This document shows, piece after piece, positions 63,553 through 64,000 of a DNA stretch of 64,000 bases (positions within the stretch are counted from its first letter, which is position 1; the number at the start of each line of letters is the position of its first letter). Location of the stretch: the NCBI GenBank assembly GCA_002189035.1, contig CM007990.1, positions 1,736,001 to 1,800,000 of the forward strand, written 5' to 3'. The DNA comes from Utricularia gibba (Eukaryota; Plantae; Magnoliophyta). Made by a program: the position numbers and the translations under genes. The notes under the pieces are model-generated. The model did not search any database. It was not told the origin of the DNA and saw only the letters and a program-made list of their open reading frames with translations.

Positions 63553-64000
63553 ATGGTCTCGTCAACTCTCTCCACCGTTATTCCTGCGATCTTCCTCGTT
63601 TTCTGCTTGCCCCTTTTCTACTTCTTCGCGCCGCACTTTCATCCGTCCTGCATAACCTCCATTTCTGTCCCCGATGATACGTCTCTTCTTCACAGAGCTG
63701 TCGCGATGGATGCCGGCGGTTTTCACCGCCGCAGCTCCAGGCGCCACCCTTCCGTCGTATCCCGTCTTTCCACCTACGTGAACCCTCCCAAAATTGCTTT
63801 CCTCTTCCTCTCTAACTCGCAACTCTATTTCGCTCCTTTGTGGGAAGAGTTCTTCCAGAATGTAAACTTTGAAAGGTACAACATATACGTCCACATCGAT
63901 CCTGATGTGAAAATTCCTCCTCTGAAAGGCGTTTTTCGAGGGAAACTCATCCATTCGAAGAAAACTTACAGATCTTCACCCACACTCATCTCCGCCGTGC
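63553..64000 (+). CDS. Second core-2/I-branching glycosyltransferase paralog (runs off the window)
   Basis: Collinear and in frame with 36759 onward (MVSSTLSTVIPAIFLVFCLPLFYFF...PKIAFLFLSNSQLYFAPLWEEFF...SSPTLISAV); the upstream ~300 bp is also homologous to 36400-36758. Confidence 0.9.
   Translation, partial: MVSSTLSTVIPAIFLVFCLPLFYFFAPHFHPSCITSISVPDDTSLLHRAVAMDAGGFHRRSSRRHPSVVSRLSTYVNPPKIAFLFLSNSQLYFAPLWEEFFQNVNFERYNIYVHIDPDVKIPPLKGVFRGKLIHSKKTYRSSPTLISAV

Overview
Plant (angiosperm) nuclear DNA in which five host genes sit among nested transposons. The host genes are a short GIR1-like EAR-motif repressor (696-953 +), a 7-exon mitochondrial IF-2 (1154-4667 -), a 6-exon farnesylated type-I DnaJ (12698-14705 -) and two paralogous single-exon core-2/I-branching (GT14-like/DUF266) glycosyltransferases (36759-37829 + and 63553->end +). 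The rest is TE-derived: two MULEs with perfect TSDs (5181-9248; 16290-29078, ~700-bp TIRs), two hAT elements of one family (40985-45971 with TSD; ~52500-63241, left end missing), Athila-like, Tat/Retand-like, chromovirus-like and Copia remnants, and four solo LTRs with TSDs. Most interesting: the large MULE and the hAT family carry the same two accessory genes. One fuses a Transposase_28 (TRP28)-like domain in frame, at conserved intron positions, to an FCP1/NIF-type HAD phosphatase domain (3 copies). The other joins a TRP28-like domain to a coiled coil and a basic GR(R/P)KGKEKK tail (2 copies). The non-coding intervals of both elements hold arrays of short, element-specific motifs, a layout reminiscent of the VANC anti-silencing system of VANDAL transposons. 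All domain calls come from recognising motifs by eye, with no database search; the functional interpretation is inference, and all TE ORFs here are degenerate.
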